DNA of 63,880 nucleotides, filler included, from Octopus bimaculoides (GCF_001194135.2; 7 parts of 7 records of this genome joined end to end with filler, not necessarily neighbours in it); one strand, 5' to 3'; shown: positions 11,656 through 23,604, counted from the whole stretch's first letter. Translations and numbers: made by a program. The notes: generated from the sequence alone by a model not told the origin.

Positions 11656-12700
11656 GTAAGTCAATATTTCTATTATTCCTTTCTTTTTGTTGTTGGTCCT
11701 TCACTAAAAAATTAGTTTCCATGTTGCCTGAATAAATATCTCTCAAAAACCTTCAATCCTCATTGACAAATACTTTCTTATTTTGCAATATTAAAATTAT
11801 AGTGCTCGCAATAATTGTGTAGCTTGTCTGAAGGTTCTGTTTTGAGAAAAGAGTTTTTAACAGATGTGGGTTCCATATAGTGGATGCTAGCTGTTCTGAA
11901 CAGGTGTGTCTTGACCAATCATTTATTAGGATAACATGTCAAGCCCCCCCCCCCTTTTTTTTTTATTTATTTATTGGCTTGATTGATCCTCCCAGGGAAT
12001 TAAACATATCTTGGCTTGTTCTTGAATGTTATTAAAGTAGAGAGATTTATAATGTGGATAGCAGGAATTATTTATTATCTTTCAGAATTGTCTGAATTTT
12101 TTTGAGTTTCCAATATTTATCCCACTGACTGTGAAGAGTGTAGTATGTGGTGGTGGGCATGTGAGTTAATGCAATTACTGAAAAGAAGATTTAGAATTTT
12201 ATAATGACTACTTTTAATTCTGTTGGTTTTATTATCTGGAGCTTTATAGTATTAAAATATNNNNNNNNNNNNNNNNNNNNNNNNNNNNNNNNNNNNNNNN
12301 NNNNNNNNNNNNNNNNNNNNNNNNNNNNNNNNNNNNNNNNNNNNNNNNNNNNNNNNNNNNNNNNNNNNNNNNNNNNNNNNNNNNNNNNNNNNNNNNNNNN
12401 NNNNNNNNNNNNNNNNNNNNNNNNNNNNNNNNNNNNNNNNNNNNNNNNNNNNNNNNNNNNNNNNNNNNNNNNNNNNNNNNNNNNNNNNNNNNNNNNNNNN
12501 NNNNNNNNNNNNNNNNNNNNNNNNNNNNNNNNNNNNNNNNNNNNNNNNNNNNNNNNNNNNNNNNNNNNNNCCAATATTATATGGTTCCAATTATTTGCTA
12601 TTTCTGTAATTACTTCTGTAAGAAATCATTTATTATTTTAAAAAACCAGTACACAAAACCATTAACATTCAGTTTAACCTTTTTTTCTCTATTTATACAG

Positions 12701-12905
12701 GGTTAATGGTCGAGGCAAAAGTGTGGTGGCTGAAGCAGTAATTCCTGGCAAGGTTGTACGAGAAGTTCTTAAAATTAATGTGTCTGCATTAGTTGACCTA
12801 AATATTGCTAAAAATCTTGTTGGTTCAGCTATGGCAGGTGCACAGGGAGGCTTCAATGCTCATTCTGCTAACATTGTTACTGCTGTATATATTGCTACTG
12901 GCCAA
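12701..12905 (+). CDS. HMGCR: HMGCR exon
   Basis: tatacAG...CAA|GTAAGT; [68 protein letters not shown]. Confidence 0.97.
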
Positions 12906-13102
12906 GTAAGTCTTATAGTTATTAATGTCCTAACTGGTCTTCATGTTAAACCTGTGCTTTAATCGTAGACATTTACAGTAACATCTTCACTGACAGTTTA
13001 CATGCAGGCAATCAAACCAAATGAAATACCATAAATTTGAACCAATTTGTCATCTTTCTCAACAATATTCTCAAAAATGTGGTGTCTTTTCAAAAATATT
13101 TT

Positions 13103-13268
13103 AGGTACAGGTGTGACTGTGTGGTAAGAAGCTTGCTTCCCAGCCACATGGTTCTGGGTTCAGTCCCACTGCATGCCAACTTGGGCAAAAGTCTTCTACT
13201 ATAAATTCAGGCAGACCAAAGCCTTGCAAGTGGATTTGGTAGATGAAAACTGAAAGAAGCCCATTGTG
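13103..13268 (+). mobile_element. SINE family A head in an HMGCR intron (CpG-decayed)
   Basis: homologous to the 52387 head; further family A pieces near 1066, 1885, 2265, 4950(-), 7135, 14760, 29505, 39200(-), 39375, 40875, 41620, 44990, 45290, 53885, 54920(-), 57138(-), 63170(-). Confidence 0.8.
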
Positions 13269-14175
13269 TATGTGTGCGTTTATATATATATATATATATA
13301 TATNNNNNNNNNNNNNNNNNNNNNNNNNNNNNNNNNNNNNNNNNNNNNNNNNNNNNNNNNNNNNNNNNNNNNNNNNNNNNNNNNNNNNNNNNNNNNNNNN
13401 NNNNNNNNNNNNNNNNNNNNNNNNNNNNNNNNNNNNNNNNNNNNNNNNNNNNNNNNNNNNNNNNNNNNNNNNNNNNNNNNNNNNNNNNNNNNNNNNNNNN
13501 NNNNNNNNNNNNNNNNNNNNNNNNNNNNNNNNNNNNNNNNNNNNNNNNNNNNNNNNNNNNNNNNNNNNNNNNNNNNNNNNNNNNNNNNNNNNNNNNNNNN
13601 NNNNNNNNNNNNNNNNNNNNNNNNNNNNNNNNNNNNNNNNNNNNNNNNNNNNNNNNNNNNNNNNNNNNNNNNNNNNNNNNNNNNNNNNNNNNNNNNNNNN
13701 NNNNNNNNNNNNNNNNNNNNNNNNNNNNNNNNNNNNNNNNNNNNNNNNNNNNNNNNNNNNNNNNNNNNNNNNNNNNNNNNNNNNNNNNNNNNNNNNNNNN
13801 NNNNNNNNNNNNNNNNNNNNNNNNNNNNNNNNNNNNNNNNNNNNNNNNNNNNNNNNNNNNNNNNNNNNNNNNNNNNNNNNNNNNNNNNNNNNNNNNNNNN
13901 NNNNNNNNNNNNNNNNNNNNNNNNNNNNNNNNNNNNNNNNNNNNNNNNNNNNNNNNNNNNNNNNNNNNNNNNNNNNNNNNNNNNNNNNNNNNNNNNNNNN
14001 NNNNNNNNNNNNNNNNNNNNNNNNNNNNNNNNNNNNNNNNNNNNNNNNNNNNNNNNNNNNNNNNNNNNNNNNNNNNNNNNNNNNNNNNNNNNNNNNNNNN
14101 NNNNNNNNNNNNNNNNNNNNNNNNNNNNNNNNNNNNNNNNNNNNNNNNNNNNNNNNNNNNNNNNNNNNNNNNNNN

Positions 14176-14437
14176 NGAAGCTCCGGCAGGGGATGGTGGC
14201 GAACCCTGCTGTATTCTTTCACCACAACTTTCTCTCACTCTTTCTTTCTGTTGTACCTGTATTTGAAAGGGCCAGCCTTGTTACACTTTGTGTCATGCTG
14301 AATCTCCCCGAGAACTACATTAAGGGTACACGTGTCTGTGGAGTGCTCAGCTACTTGCACGTTAATTTCACGAGCAGGCTGTTCCGTTGATTGGATCAAT
14401 TGGAACCCTCGTCGTCGTAACCAACAGAGTGCCACGA
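14176..14437 (+). mobile_element. SINE family B partial copy
   Basis: near-identical to 30782-31050. Confidence 0.8.
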
Positions 14438-15260
14438 TGTATATGAGAGAGAGAGAGAGAGTGTGTGTGTGTATGTGTGTTTTAAAATCTAAGGGAGACA
14501 ACTCTTACCTTTCCATTTATTTCTAATTTTTCGTTTTCCAGCCTTCCACTTTTTCTATATACTTCCTACTTGACTTTTCGCGTTTCTTCTCTTATTCAAT
14601 TTTTATTTCGTCATGTGGTTTGTGCCTGATGATTGTGCAGAGATGTTACACATGTTACAATACTTAATCGTATGTGGCGTTACATTGGATTTCAAACTCC
14701 ATGCGTGGCTAACCAACTTAGTAGCTTTACTTTTGTCCTTATGCATGTGTGCGAGACATTGTGTCTGTATTTGCCTCCCGTAAACCAGCGGTTCAGCAAA
14801 ATGAAACCGATGGAATAAGTACTAGGCTTAAAAAAATATAAGTACTGGGGTTGATCCATTCAACTAAGAATACCTCAAGGTGGTGCTCCAGCATGGCTGC
14901 AGTCTAATGACAAACAAATAAAAGATAAAAATTCATTTTTTTTTTGTTTTGTTTTTAACATTTCAATTGTTATCAATATTTTTTTTTACTTTAGTTAGGA
15001 GCAATTTCAAAGAATGTCAGTGTGGAAAGATAGGAACTGATAATTGAATAGAAAATCTGTCAGTAGGAAACCCATCTTGATTGAAAAGTTTGTTCCAAGC
15101 ATTCTTGCAGATGTCCATATTTTCAAAGCAAGTCTATCCATTAAAAACAGATTTTAAATAGTTTTATAATTTCATGATGTTGACATTCATTTCAAGTGTG
15201 AATGCAAATGGTTACTTAAGCTTTGTTAATGTTTTAAACAAGTAAATATGATTTATCTTA

Positions 15261-15488
15261 TTAACCCTTTAGCATTCAAACCGGCCATATCCGGCCAAAA
15301 TATTCTACCTGTTTTATCTTCAAATCAGCCAGATCTGGCCTCTCACACCTACCCTACAATGTCATGTTAAAAATAAACAGTCACATCATCGAAATCTTGA
15401 AATTATGTGATAGTGCATGATGAATTCAAAATAATGTAAATCAATAAGCATTACATTTGTTAGATTAATCTGAATGCTAAAGGGTTAA
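15261..15488. mobile_element. TTAA-flanked (piggyBac-type) MITE
   Basis: perfect TIR ttaaccctttagcattca / tgaatgctaaagggttaa. Confidence 0.9.
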
Positions 15489-15866
15489 AGATATTTCAGC
15501 TATCCATGGAATTTATGATATACAGTTACATGATAAAAATATCTCAATTTACACTACAATGTTGACAAAATAGAGATGACATGGATTTAATAATTCTTGA
15601 AATCACATTCAGTTACCAAGTTGAGTGAGAAGATTATTTTATTTTTGACATATAAATATTGGTGATTAAGATTTTTTTTAAAGTAAAATAACAGAAGTCA
15701 ACTCAGTCACAAATATAATTTCAGGGTTAGCATATCTATCTATCAATCCTTCCTTCGTTTCTCTGTGATGCAATTCTAAAATTGCATAAACAGCTATATA
15801 TATGTATATTTATTATTAGTCTACCAACAGGAATTTAAAACAATTCTGCTATTATTTTATCCTCAG

Positions 15867-16025
15867 GATCCAGCAGAAAATGTGTCCAGTTCTAATTGTA
15901 TAACTTTAATGGAAACAACAGGGGACAATAATTCTGATCTTTATATCAGTTGTACAATGCCTTCACTAGAACTTGGGACAGTTGGTGGGGGAACAAGACT
16001 ACAACCGCAAGCTGCGTGCTTGAAA
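15867..16025 (+). CDS. HMGCR: HMGCR exon (catalytic Asp, GTVGGGT)
   Basis: cctcAG...AAA|GTAAGT; [53 protein letters not shown]. Confidence 0.97.
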
Positions 16026-18090
16026 GTAAGTAGCAACCTTCCTATTTAATAAATTTATGATTTTAAAAGTAACAAGTATATCTAACGCAATCCTCTCTGT
16101 CTGTATGCCGGACTCAAGTCTCTGTATGTCTGACTCAAGTCTCTCAGTGAGGATATCTGATCTGATATTCTCTGTCAATATATCTGACTTCTGTGTCACT
16201 GTCTCAGTATATCTGACATGATTCACTTTGTCAATATATTTGTTATGATTAAGGTGAACTGGCAGAACCTTTAGCACATCAGGCAAAATGATCTGAGTTC
16301 AAATTCCACTGAGGTCGACTTTGACCTACATCCTTTCGCGGTTGATAAAATAAGTATCAGTTGATCACTGGGGTTGATGTAATCGACTTACTGCCACCCA
16401 CAAAATTGCTATAATTAATATAATCCTCTATCATTGTATCTGATATGATCCTTTGTCAGTATATTTGGCATGCAGCATCTTGGTAGAAAGTAATACCTAA
16501 TCTTGGAGTTGATGCTAACATCTCCTGACATGGCAGGGAAAATGGATGTTAAATAATGCTGATGCTAAATAGCAACACACAAAAATAGCACATGAAGATA
16601 ACAGTAAATTTAGTCCATTGTACTATCACCACATTCCACCAAGCACAGCCAAAATACAAACTAATAAAAGAGTCTCTATGTGGTGGCCTGACCTGCTAGA
16701 AAAGCAGCTAAATGTCCTCCGTATTTCACCTGACTATCATAAAATAAAATAAGAAATATTAGATAACATGGTGTTACATATACTGTATCAAAGGGGATCA
16801 TGGCTGGAAAACAATTGATTGTATGACTGCTTGATTAAGACTGGCCTGATAGCTTATCATTACCAACAGTAGAAGTATATTAATACACAGACACACACAC
16901 ACAAATTGTGTGACGTCAGAAATATCTTGACAATATGAGCTCAATACAATTAACTTCACATGAACTCCCAATAATCCTTTCTACAATAGGCACAAGGCTT
17001 GTAACTTTGAAGGAGGGAGCTATTCAATCTGGCCTTGGCAGAATTTGAACTCACAGTGTAAAAATGAACAAAATGTTGCTAAGCATTTTGTCTGGTGCAC
17101 AAACGATCCTGTCAGATCCCAATAATAATAAGTAAACTGTAGCAATAATAAATATTAAAAATTAAATATTAAAATAAACCTATTTTACAGTAATGTCTGT
17201 AGTTATACTTTATCATGTATATTATAATAGATCATCATATCAGGTCTCAATCTCTCTTGCCACAGACAGATCTTTAAAATTTCAAACGTAAAAGTGCTTC
17301 TCTCTGTTTATGATCCTGTTACTTAAATACATTTCAAGTTCTTTTGTATTTGCTGCTTTTGCGGATTCTCATGACGCTCAGTTATCATCCAATTCCCTTA
17401 TTATGAATTTGAATTGGAAGCTTGACTCATGATGAAACTTTCAATAGTGTATTAAACAACCATGGGCACCACCCCCTATGGATTCATTGCAGTTACTCTC
17501 TTGATAGCGCTTGATGCCCTTAACCATTCGTCTTCTAGGATTCTTCCACTCTGCATCAATGTAAGAAGCACTATTGGCTCACTTGAGCTCTTCTACTACC
17601 TCTTCACAATCCACCATGCTGCAGCCCCATGACTTCACCATATCCCTGGCAGGGTGGCTGAACGGGTGCTATGCCTTGCCAAAAGGCAACTGATAACTAT
17701 GCAGGGCACAAGCATCACTTGGTGAGGTATTTTCAAAATACCCACATACCCTACTTTTTTTTTTTTATTAACACTGTATATTTAGACAAAACATTGTTTT
17801 GTTTACCTTTATCATTTAATACCAGATATTTGCTGGCTGGAAAATTTTTTTTTGTTTTTTTACTATTATTTCCTATACATCCAGTATGAGTTTAGGAGGG
17901 TTTTTTAGTTTTTTCGTGCCATAAATTAAAAGAACTCGTTTGTTATTCAGGTAAACTGAACGTAACAGTTATGCAAACTAGGATAATCCCAAGACTTGGT
18001 CAACTAGTGGTGATCTGTGTTGACATAATTCAGCTAGTGAATAAAAACATGTGGTGTGACCATATAATAAATTGTCCGGAATCTCATTCT

Positions 18091-18311
18091 CAGCAGCCAA
18101 CAATAGGCTGAAAATCTTGAACATATTCAGAAAAGGAAAATATGTTTTTCTTTCAAATTTGTTATTCTAGGAAATGGTGAAACTTTTAGAACCTGATAGG
18201 TTACTGTTTAATGTTTTGTCAAAATGTGATACAGATGTACTATAGCAGCAGCAGAATGATATTGACACATGTTTATAACAATATGAAATCAGTATGTGCA
18301 CAACAATGCAA
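18091..18311 (+). repeat. ~220-bp direct repeat, copy 1 (HMGCR intron)
   Basis: closely matches 21903-22124. Confidence 0.9.
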
Positions 18312-18808
18312 CACATAAAATTATTAAAAAAGTAAAAAAAGTTGATCGTTTATATAGTTTATAAACATTTTAAATGATGATTTAGTTTTATCCCAAGTTG
18401 CAGTACTTTGACAAGCCCCAAAATTTAAGGCGGAATAAATTTATCTGTATCTACTTGCAGCTACTAGGGCAACCAAAATATGAAAAAAACAAAAGAAAAA
18501 AAATCAGAATTAATTATATAGAAATATCTACTCGCATAATAAAATAATTATTAAAAAAAAAAAAAAACACCTCTCAGTGATTCTCTGCCCTTGAGCGAAG
18601 TTTCTCCTCTTCAATTTCTTACCAAACTCTATTTCTCTCAGCCTTTGAAGCTGCAAACAACCACAGATGATGGCAACAGCAGCGGCAGTCACCAGTCAGA
18701 TTTCACGCGTGTGTTACATTTATGTTAGGGCAATTAGTGTACTGTGGGTTATCACTTTCATAATTTTTGTGGAAATTAACTTATGTCTACTATTTGTCAT
18801 TACCACAG

Positions 18809-18960
18809 ATGCTTGGAGTAGAGGGACCCAATAAAACACCAGGGAAGAATGCTGAGACATTTGCACAAATTGTTTGCAGTACTGTGTTAGCTGGAGAACT
18901 GTCCTTAATGTCAGCATTAGCTGCTGGACATTTAGTGAAAAGTCATATGCAACATAACAG
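18809..18960 (+). CDS. HMGCR: HMGCR exon (catalytic His)
   Basis: ccacAG...AG|GTAAGA; [51 protein letters not shown]. Confidence 0.97.
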
Positions 18961-20230
18961 GTAAGATTATTTAGTGTTTGTTGCAGATTTTGTTTATTAT
19001 TTGTGAACACTAATTGACACTTTGCTAAATCAAATTTTGACATGGAGATCTATTTAGTTAAAAAAAACATTACAGGTACCTACATCAATTAAGAGCAAGT
19101 CCTCTTGCTGAAGGCTCAACTACTCATTCCTCTACTAACAATGCACTAAGTCTGATTCTCGATAGCATGGTACTGGTAGTTGTAGAAAGATATCATTCAC
19201 TACTATAATCAATGGCGGAGCAGTATAAATGGTGATCCATTTTCTAAAATTACTGTGGCATGCTCAAATCCTCTTTATCATTGTTATTTAAAACCACAAA
19301 GGATTTTGCTTGGATAGCTTCTTAACTAATCAATAACTTGTTTTACTTTTGTATGGAACTTAAATATTTGAAACTAGAAATGTGCAAGATTTTTAACTGA
19401 TCATAATAATATAAATTACTTATAAATCCTCAAATTTGAAACATCTTATCAAAGAACTAGGTCAATGTAGTAATTATCTTCTAAATTATTAGTTTAAGAT
19501 TTCATGTATTATGAGATGTGATATTCCTTGTAATATCACTGACTGGAGAGGGGCTTGTTAAAATGAAATAACACTATAAACTGATTTAATCTAAGTTTAC
19601 TGAGTTTCGTGGATAGGTTTTTAAATATATAACAATATATGTATTCTACTATATCCTCAGGCCAGCCAATTACCGTGTGAGTTTACCTGACAAAAACCGT
19701 AGAGAACTTCTTTGAGTTTGTATGAAAGTGTGTGAATGTTGATATTTCATGGCTTCATTGTCTCTACCTGAATGAAACAGTGATATGGTGTTTATTCCTT
19801 GTTTACATTATGATCAGTCACTCTATGCTTTCGGAAACTTGTGAAATCTAAAAAAAAGACCCTTACTTGGCAGTCAGGTATGGTTTAGCAAGAGGGGTTG
19901 GCAACAGTCTCAATCTCTGTCCAGTTCATGGAAAAACAAACAATAAACAAACAAATACAAGAAGGAATGAAATTTTGAGCCCATCTTTTAACTACCAAGT
20001 TGTACAATGGTCATTTTCAGCAGATTTTTATACAAAAGGGTAAACTGATGGAATTTTCTGTTTCTCTGAAAGAAAACATTTTTTATGAAAAGATATTTCT
20101 ATTTCTAATTTCTTTGCAAAAGATGCTAGTAGGACTGAATATTTGTTGCTGATCAGATATTAACAACAAAGAATATATTACCATAGTTGATTATTATTAT
20201 TATTTTTATTATTATTATTATTATTATTAT

Positions 20231-20276
20231 TCAGGTCACTGCCTGGAATCGAACTTGAAATCTTGNNNNNNNNNNN

Positions 20277-20312
<36 letters not shown>

Positions 20313-20395
20313 GGTCACTGCCTGGAATCGAACTTGAAATCTTGGGGTTAGTAGCCCGCGCTCTTAACCACTACGCCATATGCCCCAGGCAGTGA

Positions 20396-20400
<5 letters not shown>
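20231..20400 (-). mobile_element. tRNA-derived unit bracketed by a 16-bp inverted repeat and opposed (AAT)n tracts
   Basis: minus strand GGCGTAGTGGTTAAGAGCGCGGGCTACTAACCCCAAG..GTTCGATTCC; TCAGGTCACTGCCTGG / CCAGGCAGTGACCTGA; 20231-20265 duplicated across a 10-N gap. Confidence 0.6.
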
Positions 20401-20448
<48 letters not shown>

Positions 20449-20490
20449 TAATAATATAATAATAATAATAATATAATAATAAAATAATAA

Positions 20491-20550
<60 letters not shown>

Positions 20551-20560
20551 CAACAACAAC
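20401..20560. repeat. (AAT)n/(AAC)n microsatellite
   Basis: read directly. Confidence 0.95.
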
Positions 20561-20603
20561 GAAAAATACCTTAGGAGTGAGAACCCAGGTTCGAAATTTC
20601 CCC

Positions 20604-20651
20604 AGGAAACCTGATGAAGGCTGGAGAGTATATCAGCCGAAACTTTGTATT
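20604..20651 (+). ncRNA. Degenerate hammerhead-like motif
   Basis: CTGATGA-A-GGCTG-gagagtatat-CAGCC-GAAAC; stems I and III damaged. Confidence 0.4.
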
Positions 20652-20820
20652 AACAACAAACAAGATGAGGACAAACATCCGTCAAATGTAAATAATGTAA
20701 ATAATTCTTCATCTCTCAAATATAGAACTGTATGAAAGTTGATTTGATATGTTAAATGTTATACCCAAATATTAAACTGTCATAGACAAACTATTAATGT
20801 TCTTTTCTTTTCTTTTTCAG

Positions 20821-20854
20821 AGCACCAACAGAAACAGTAAAATGCAGCATTTAA
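20821..20854 (+). CDS. HMGCR: HMGCR probable last coding exon
   Basis: strong acceptor ttcttttcttttctttttcAG; phase 2 completes Arg, then APTETVKCSI* (TAA 20852-20854); short tail with a Cys as in other animal HMGCRs; followed by long AT-rich UTR-like sequence. Confidence 0.75.
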
Positions 20855-21409
20855 ATTGTCTTGTCTTTGTTGGTTCTTTTATGAATTTGTTTTGAAGGAA
20901 ACTTCTTTATTAGCCCTCAATTTCACATTTGGTTTCTTTTTTATTTGTCTGTTTAATTATGTTATAAAATCTAGCATCTTTTACTTAAATATAAAATGTT
21001 AGCATAAAAATTAGTAATTAAAAAATTGCCCATCTTGTGTAAATTCTTTTCATTTAAAAATATTTTCATACTATTTAGTCAGAGAAGGAGAAGCTGCTCT
21101 CTTGACCCTTGATTTTTCGGGAGATGAAAGATAGGAAGTTAGCCTCAAACTGGGGACTTGGCATGAATGTTGAACAGAGTTGTCTTTGTTAAAAGCAGAT
21201 CTTGTGGGGTTGTTAAAATGAATATCAGATTCAGTCTGTCTCTCAAGAATGCAAAGAGCTGGAACACACATTCTCTTCCAACACTTTAACAATCCCATTA
21301 ATCCTCTTGGGTCACAACATTATTTTATACACTACCAGAAGGATGAAAGACAAAGCTGACCCTGATGCAATTTGAACTTGTAGCACACAGTGAGAACAAG
21401 TATACTGCT

Positions 21410-21607
21410 TTAACCCTTTTGTCATCATATTTCTATTGAGATGCTCTGTGTTTCTTTCAGTTAATTTTAGATATAACAAAGAATTTAGTAAATTACGCTA
21501 GTGTTAGGAACATAAATTGTAACTAATGTTTAGGAGATTTTAATTTAGAACTTTTGAAAACAAAGCCAGAAGCGGTTTCAGCCGGGTTGGTGTCAAAAGG
21601 GTTTTAA
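21410..21607. mobile_element. Second TTAA-ended MITE family, downstream of the HMGCR stop
   Basis: ttaacccttttgtcatca ... ttggtgtcaaaagggtttt imperfect TIRs. Confidence 0.65.
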
Positions 21608-21902
21608 TGGCTGCCAATTCACCTCCTATGATATGTAGGCATATCTGTGGATGAGTTCTATGAAAACTATAAAATGGTGAAATACAGATAAATAAAAACA
21701 GCTGAAACAAACAACATAAAAACCATGCAGTATAAAAGTTGTGTGGGAACCTGATGGAAAGACAATAACAAAATGTATTTGGAGTTGTTAGGAACTAGTA
21801 TGTCAGGTGATAATCAGTGAGAATGACTGATTAAAAAATGAATGTAATTGTAGCATTGAAAAAAAAATCCAATAGAATTAATATGTGAATGAAAGGTGTA
21901 GC

Positions 21903-22124
21903 CAGCAGCTAACAATAGGCTAAAAATCTTGAGCATATTCAGAAAAGGAAACAATGTTTTTTTTTTCAAATTTGTTATTCTAGGAAATGGTGAAACTTTT
22001 AGAACCTGATAGGTTACTGTTTAATGTTTTGTCAAAATGTGATACAGATGAACTATAGCAGCAACAGAATGATATTGACACATGTTTATAACAATATGAA
22101 ATCAGTATGTGCACAACAATGCAA
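21903..22124 (+). repeat. ~220-bp direct repeat, copy 2 (downstream of the HMGCR stop)
   Basis: closely matches 18091-18311. Confidence 0.9.
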
Positions 22125-23531
22125 TATCAACACATAACAATGTTGATATTGATACATATTATGCTATAGTGACTTGACATTTTTATGTCAACAAAGGCTA
22201 TAGCAGTCATTATAACATGATATCAACATGTATAGTGACTGTAACATCAACAAATGTAATAGCAATGTAATATTGATGTGCTACAAAAATTTGATATCAA
22301 CAAGTCCTGTAATCTACATCAACAGAGGCATATTAGATAAATTAACATATTATACCAGCACAATGTCTATAACAAGATATAAAACGAAAACATGCTACCA
22401 ACATCTGCTGTAATATAATACCCACACAAATTAGAGACACAAAAATGGATTGTTAGGACAAGGGACAACAACCACTTGAAATATATATAATTTCAACCTT
22501 AAAAAAGATATTGTGCTATAATATAAAGGCTATCCAAATAAAAAGTATATATGAGCTTCAGTACTCATTCTTCAATATAATTTTTGTTTTTAACAAAGCA
22601 TATATATTGTTTTTCTATATGCATTAAAATGAAAAGCTAAGCAGCATAACTGGTTAGACAAGTTTTAATATGTTTAGACTGTGACTTAGCAGAATCAGTA
22701 AAACAACAGATAAAATATCATGTGGTATTTAGTTCTGCCTTATCACATTCTGATTTCAGATGGCCTTTCATCATTTTGGGGTTGATAAAATAAGCTTCAG
22801 GAAACATTTTGAGGTCAAAATAACTAACTTAACCTTTTCCTTCTCCCAAATGTAAGACCTTGTATCTAGTTTAGATTTCTCTCTTACATCTCTGTACGTC
22901 TATGATGCAGTGTCTTGACTAGCTTGTTAAATTTACTTCTCTACAAACACCTCATAACCACTTTAATTATACACTAACATTAACTTATTTGTTTTATATT
23001 GACAGTTCATAATGAACAAAACTATCACTTAAAATGTCTTTCAATGTCTTCCAACTATAGAAACCTGACATATCAAATTACATCAGAATAATTTATAATA
23101 TTAAATTTAATCTTTAAAGAATCCGTTATGGCAATAGACATAACAGTTTTAAGGTTTCAATTTGTCCAGAGTTGTGAGGAACATGTAATGTAAGTTGGCT
23201 AGGTTTCTCTTCATATTCACTTTCTAACATTTGAAAAAAATATTTATTATATATCATGTTTTGTTTAGTTGAATTAAAAATTAATCCTCTTGCCAACCTC
23301 TTATTTATATTCATCTTATGTTGTGCTTTCATCAATTTTTTTCTTATTGGGTTTTCACAAGAAGTTTTCAATAAAACTTGTTCTAAAATGTTTTTAAATG
23401 CTTTGACTAAAACTACATTCATGGTTCTGGGTGGTTTTCAAACACAAATAAAACTTTTTATATGAAAAACTATAATTTTTGTGCTATTTTATTTTGTTGA
23501 ATGTAATTTTGAAATTTGTTGATATAATATG

Positions 23532-23604
23532 AGGTACAATAATTAATTACACAAAGGTACAATAATTAATTACACAAAGGTACAATAATTAATTACACAA
23601 AGGT
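23532..23604. repeat. 23-bp tandem repeat, three copies
   Basis: aggtacaataattaattacacaa three times, exact. Confidence 0.95.

Noticed and set aside
5932-14390. Long ORF-track entries made of X
   Set aside because: They run through N gaps and contain no coding information; the same applies at 25919-26586, 29540-30281 and 59624-61553.
17330-17720. GC-richer intronic block, possibly a LINE or transposase remnant
   Set aside because: No translatable diagnostic motif found on either strand.
20330-20385. Functional tRNA gene on the minus strand
   Set aside because: Anticodon and T stems pair poorly and the unit is embedded in a repeat; treated as SINE-like.
20843-20854. C-terminal Cys of HMGCR as a CaaX prenylation signal
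   Set aside because: Cys is third from the end (CSI*), so it does not fit CaaX.
23532-23604. CRISPR-like repeats
   Set aside because: The units are contiguous with no spacers, the DNA is eukaryotic and there are no cas genes; the same applies to 42866 and 52042.
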